Positions 17,197 to 20,195 of a stretch of 20,195 nt of DNA are shown here, piece after piece. The position numbers and the translations under genes are program-made. Source of the stretch: Octopus sinensis (Eukaryota); NCBI RefSeq assembly GCF_006345805.1, contig NW_021824110.1:1-20195 (forward strand). The letters are read 5' to 3'. How positions within the stretch are numbered: the stretch's first letter is position 1; every line of letters begins with the position of its first letter. The notes under the pieces were generated by a model. The model did no database searches. It was not told where the DNA came from and worked only from the letters and a program-made list of their open reading frames with translations.

Positions 17197-19665
17197 ATGA
17201 GGTTGATTATCGGATATTCTTTCAACGACCCAAATGTCCAGTTCTACACAGTATGAGAGTACATGTTCTCAACCTTTCTCCGATAATACCACTACATAGT
17301 GAATATCTGCCTAAGCGAATTCCCCTTGCCAGCATTTAGAACAAGTATTAACTTCATCAGATTATCTTAACTCTTCCGCAAAAAAAAAAAAATAATAAAA
17401 AAATAACCAAAACAACTGTCCACCATTCCGCTCCAGTAACAATTTTACATGATATGGATTCAGCCTTTGCTCTTGGGAATAATCCATAAAATATTGTATA
17501 TTTACCATCTGTTTTTTCTGAACAAAAAAACATCAAAGAAAACAATAGCTAAGTGGGTGTGTAAAATCAACATTTAGACTACTTCAATAAAATATTTAAT
17601 CAGAAGTGTTCGCGACTGCTCAAAGAGGGAGGCGTTATTCACCTTCCACAATAATGTACTTTCATATATAACACATTTAATGGAACAAAAGATTTACTGT
17701 GACGGTGAAGAACTGTAAGGTTCATCCTCATCAGAGTATACAGTTTTATTCAGTTATTTTAGGGAAATAGGGAGAGAAAGAATCTAAATTAAAGGGTTAT
17801 TAAAGAAAATCAACAAACTGAACCTATATGTTTAATCATTCTACTGATAAATTAGGGATTTAGACAGATTAAATAAGAAGCTCACGTGTATTACAATTGC
17901 CTCGTTATCCGACATAAACTAATCTAAACAGTAATGCCATTGTGCTTTATTGGTCAATATAGAATGTTCGTTTGTGTTTGTGCGTGTGTGTGTGCGTGTG
18001 TGCGCATGCGTATGTGTGTACGCATGGCATTCATTATTTTTCCAGCAGTTATGTGGTGTGTTGCTTTTGTGTAGTCTCTTATCAATCCAGATCGAACACA
18101 CGTATGATGATAGTAGTTCTGTCTGTCGCCATCTTGTCTTTTTTGTAGCGCTACCCAGACTACATTACTTAGCTTACTTCTCCAATTTTAAAACAGCAGT
18201 GTACAATTTCAGGACATTTGATTGTTATTTCATACTAGTCGAACGACAGTATAGATATTTCTCGTTGCCGTATTGAGTTCTTTCATTAAAGTACTGAATT
18301 CTATTTGCTCAGGCATAAAATTCGGATGAATTCTGTTAAGAAATATTCCAGTACATGGATCATAAGGGGAGTTTGTAACGGAAAAATTAAGGGAATCATC
18401 TTAAGACATACCCAGAGTAGAAAGGACAGCGGCCGACAATGGTTCTTTTAAGACCTCCGTAGCTGTTGTTGTTTGTGGTGGTGGTTGTGGTGGGGGTTAA
18501 GGGGTGTTAATGTGGAAATTATCCTCGGATCAGGGACCTAGCTCAAATACTTACAGCAGAGCAGACTCTGCTAAAGGGTGGAGATAATGATATTAATACA
18601 CCCGACAGGTTAAGCCTACCATTCAAGAACATGGACACACACCCTCCCACGAACTTGTACAGTTTCTGCCAATCAACTTAACTCAAAAGGCTTTTGATGA
18701 CTTTAAGCTGTTGTAGAAAATACTTACTTAAGGACGGCGTCATGGAACCGAACTCGAAACCATTTTTCTAGAGGTGAACTTGGTGTGCACATGTTCCCAT
18801 ATTCTATATTCAAAACGTGTTAAAATTAATACTCTTGCTTGATGTTGCTACACCTGTCTTCGTCTTTTGTTTTCTGTAAATTTGAACTGCATAAGAGAAA
18901 TGTGGAGGATAATCCTCGTTGCAAGACCTCTGATATAGCAGAACAAGCTGGTGTCAGTCTCAGGACAGCTATCAGGTATCTCCATAAAATTGGTTACTAT
19001 GGCAGAGCAGCAAGAAAGAAACCACTTCTTCGACCAGCCAACATCAACCGGAGAAAAGATTTTGTTGTATTGTTTATTTTGTTTCTTTTTGCATCTGATA
19101 TTTATTATTGATATTCTATAAGAATGAAGCCGTATCCCTTAATTTGCTGGTCTTATATACACATACCAAGAAGAAATCTTATGGAAGAGACGTTATTTTA
19201 ACGAGATACATCTTGTAATCACCTGAAGAGACACATCTACACCGACGGATACTCCTAAACCAGTTGCTCAGTATCCCACCCATGAGGGATCGATGCCCAG
19301 ATACGTTGAAACAATTGTAGTGATCAATAAACATTGTCATATTTCCCATCTTCCGTTTCTCTCTTAAACAAATGCCCAACGAACACTGTGAAAGTGAACA
19401 TGTTTTACCGGTGATCTACCAGGTGTATACCATACGATTTATTATATATATATATATATATACGTATGTTGCTGAATGTTGAACGAAAAGAAAGGAGTGC
19501 TCAATACATATTGTTGGGTATATCCTCTACAGCATGTATTGAGCACGCTTTTCTCATTTGTTTCACCTGAAACAACGTACGAATAAAAGGTTCCCACGAG
19601 TTTGACGAACAAACAGAGAAATAAACTGAACATGGAATAACATTTAGTTGGTTACTCTGCGTAAA

Positions 19666-19741
<76 letters not shown>

Positions 19742-19855
19742 TGTGCGTGCGTGTGTGTGTGTGTGTTATCTATGCCTGGTATTTTTTTCCAGATCATCTC
19801 GCATACAACAGACATATGGGGAAAAGCATCTCAACATTGAACATCCTGTTTTCAG
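17197..19855 (+). CDS. Speculative 3-exon N-terminus (17197-17250, 18046-18101, 19793-19855) with a hydrophobic signal/anchor segment
   Basis: GCC-ATG start; donors ACA|GTATGA, CAC|GTATGA and CAG|GTGGGG; acceptors ATTATTTTTCCAG and TATTTTTTTCCAG. Phases are compatible, giving MRLIIGYSFNDPNVQFYT/QLCGVLLLCSLLSIQIEHT/SSRIQQTYGEKHLNIEHPVF. No homology recognised. Confidence 0.2.
18655..18780 (-). mobile_element. Old SINE-A-related fragment
   Basis: CAGTTTCTGCC...ACTCAAAAGGCTTT...GTAGAAAATACTT...GGAACCGAACTCGAAACCAT aligns loosely with 8810-8920. Confidence 0.55.
18887..19063 (+). mobile_element. Tc1-family transposase fragment (second HTH and linker)
   Basis: LHKRNVEDNPRCKTSDIAEQAGVSLRTAIRYLHKIGYYGRAARKKPLLRPANINRRKDF: typical Tc1 NPR...VSxxTxxRxL...ARKKPLL...RxxF pattern. 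Confidence 0.82.
19667..19765. repeat. Long (GT)n microsatellite
   Basis: Direct inspection. Confidence 0.95.
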
Positions 19856-19884
19856 GTGGGGATGAAGTAAATTGGATTGCCTTG

Positions 19885-19985
19885 CTTAATATCATTCATT
19901 TTTTAAGAGAGTGGTATATGTGATTTAAAGGAAGTCTGGCTGCTAGCTCTAGCAGCCAGAGCGATCGCGTAGAGGCTTCTTTGTT
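19885..19985. repeat. Family F degenerate copy
   Basis: TTTTTAAGAGAGTGGTATATGTGATTTAAAGGAAGTCTGGCTGCTAGCTCTAGCAG, homologous to 8430-8490. Confidence 0.5.
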
Positions 19986-20195
19986 GACTAACAGATGTGT
20001 GTATGTTCATGATTGTGTGCTTTATGTGTGAACGTGTGTGTGTGTGTGAGTGCTTGCATGTGTATGTGTGACTATATAACTATATCTTTGACCGTTAAGA
20101 TGTCGCATTTCTGTATTTAGAGCACTTTGTCAAATTTTACGAAATCTAAGACCTAACAGGCGTCAAGAGTATTCAAACGTAATTGCTCGTAATGA

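Noticed and set aside
17109-17339. 76-aa ORF MKGIHRGKIQLGDRTYD...
   Set aside because: No recognisable motif and short; an overlapping frame gives a competing, equally unproven model.
17721-17734. Hammerhead core CTGATGAG on the minus strand
   Set aside because: It is followed by GATGAACC: no stem II, no GAAA, and no flanking stems I/III.

Overview
AT-rich, repeat-dense animal nuclear DNA (intronic or intergenic). It is most likely from an octopod cephalopod, inferred from a mitochondrial ND4 fragment that reads in the invertebrate mitochondrial code and from SINE families I recall from Octopus genomes; neither was checked by search. No complete protein-coding gene, rRNA, true tRNA, CRISPR array or prokaryotic system is supported, and most ORFs in the track are translations of (CA)n/(TA)n/(TACA)n microsatellites. 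The window contains: (1) four tRNA-derived SINE families, labelled A-D here, several with clear target-site duplications (TSDs); (2) fragments of maT (DD37D), mariner, Tc1 and RTE elements; (3) a 1.28-kb TIR element with a TTAA TSD; (4) a ~226-bp ND4 NUMT inserted into a SINE; (5) a 3-kb rearranged block with inverted, tandem and direct duplications; (6) a few weak candidate exons. The most unusual signal is SINE-B. All three well-preserved loci are head-to-tail multimers, and at one locus a 15-bp TSD shows the element inserted into an older member of its own family at the same GGTATTT motif that forms the dimer junctions. This suggests a self-targeting SINE.
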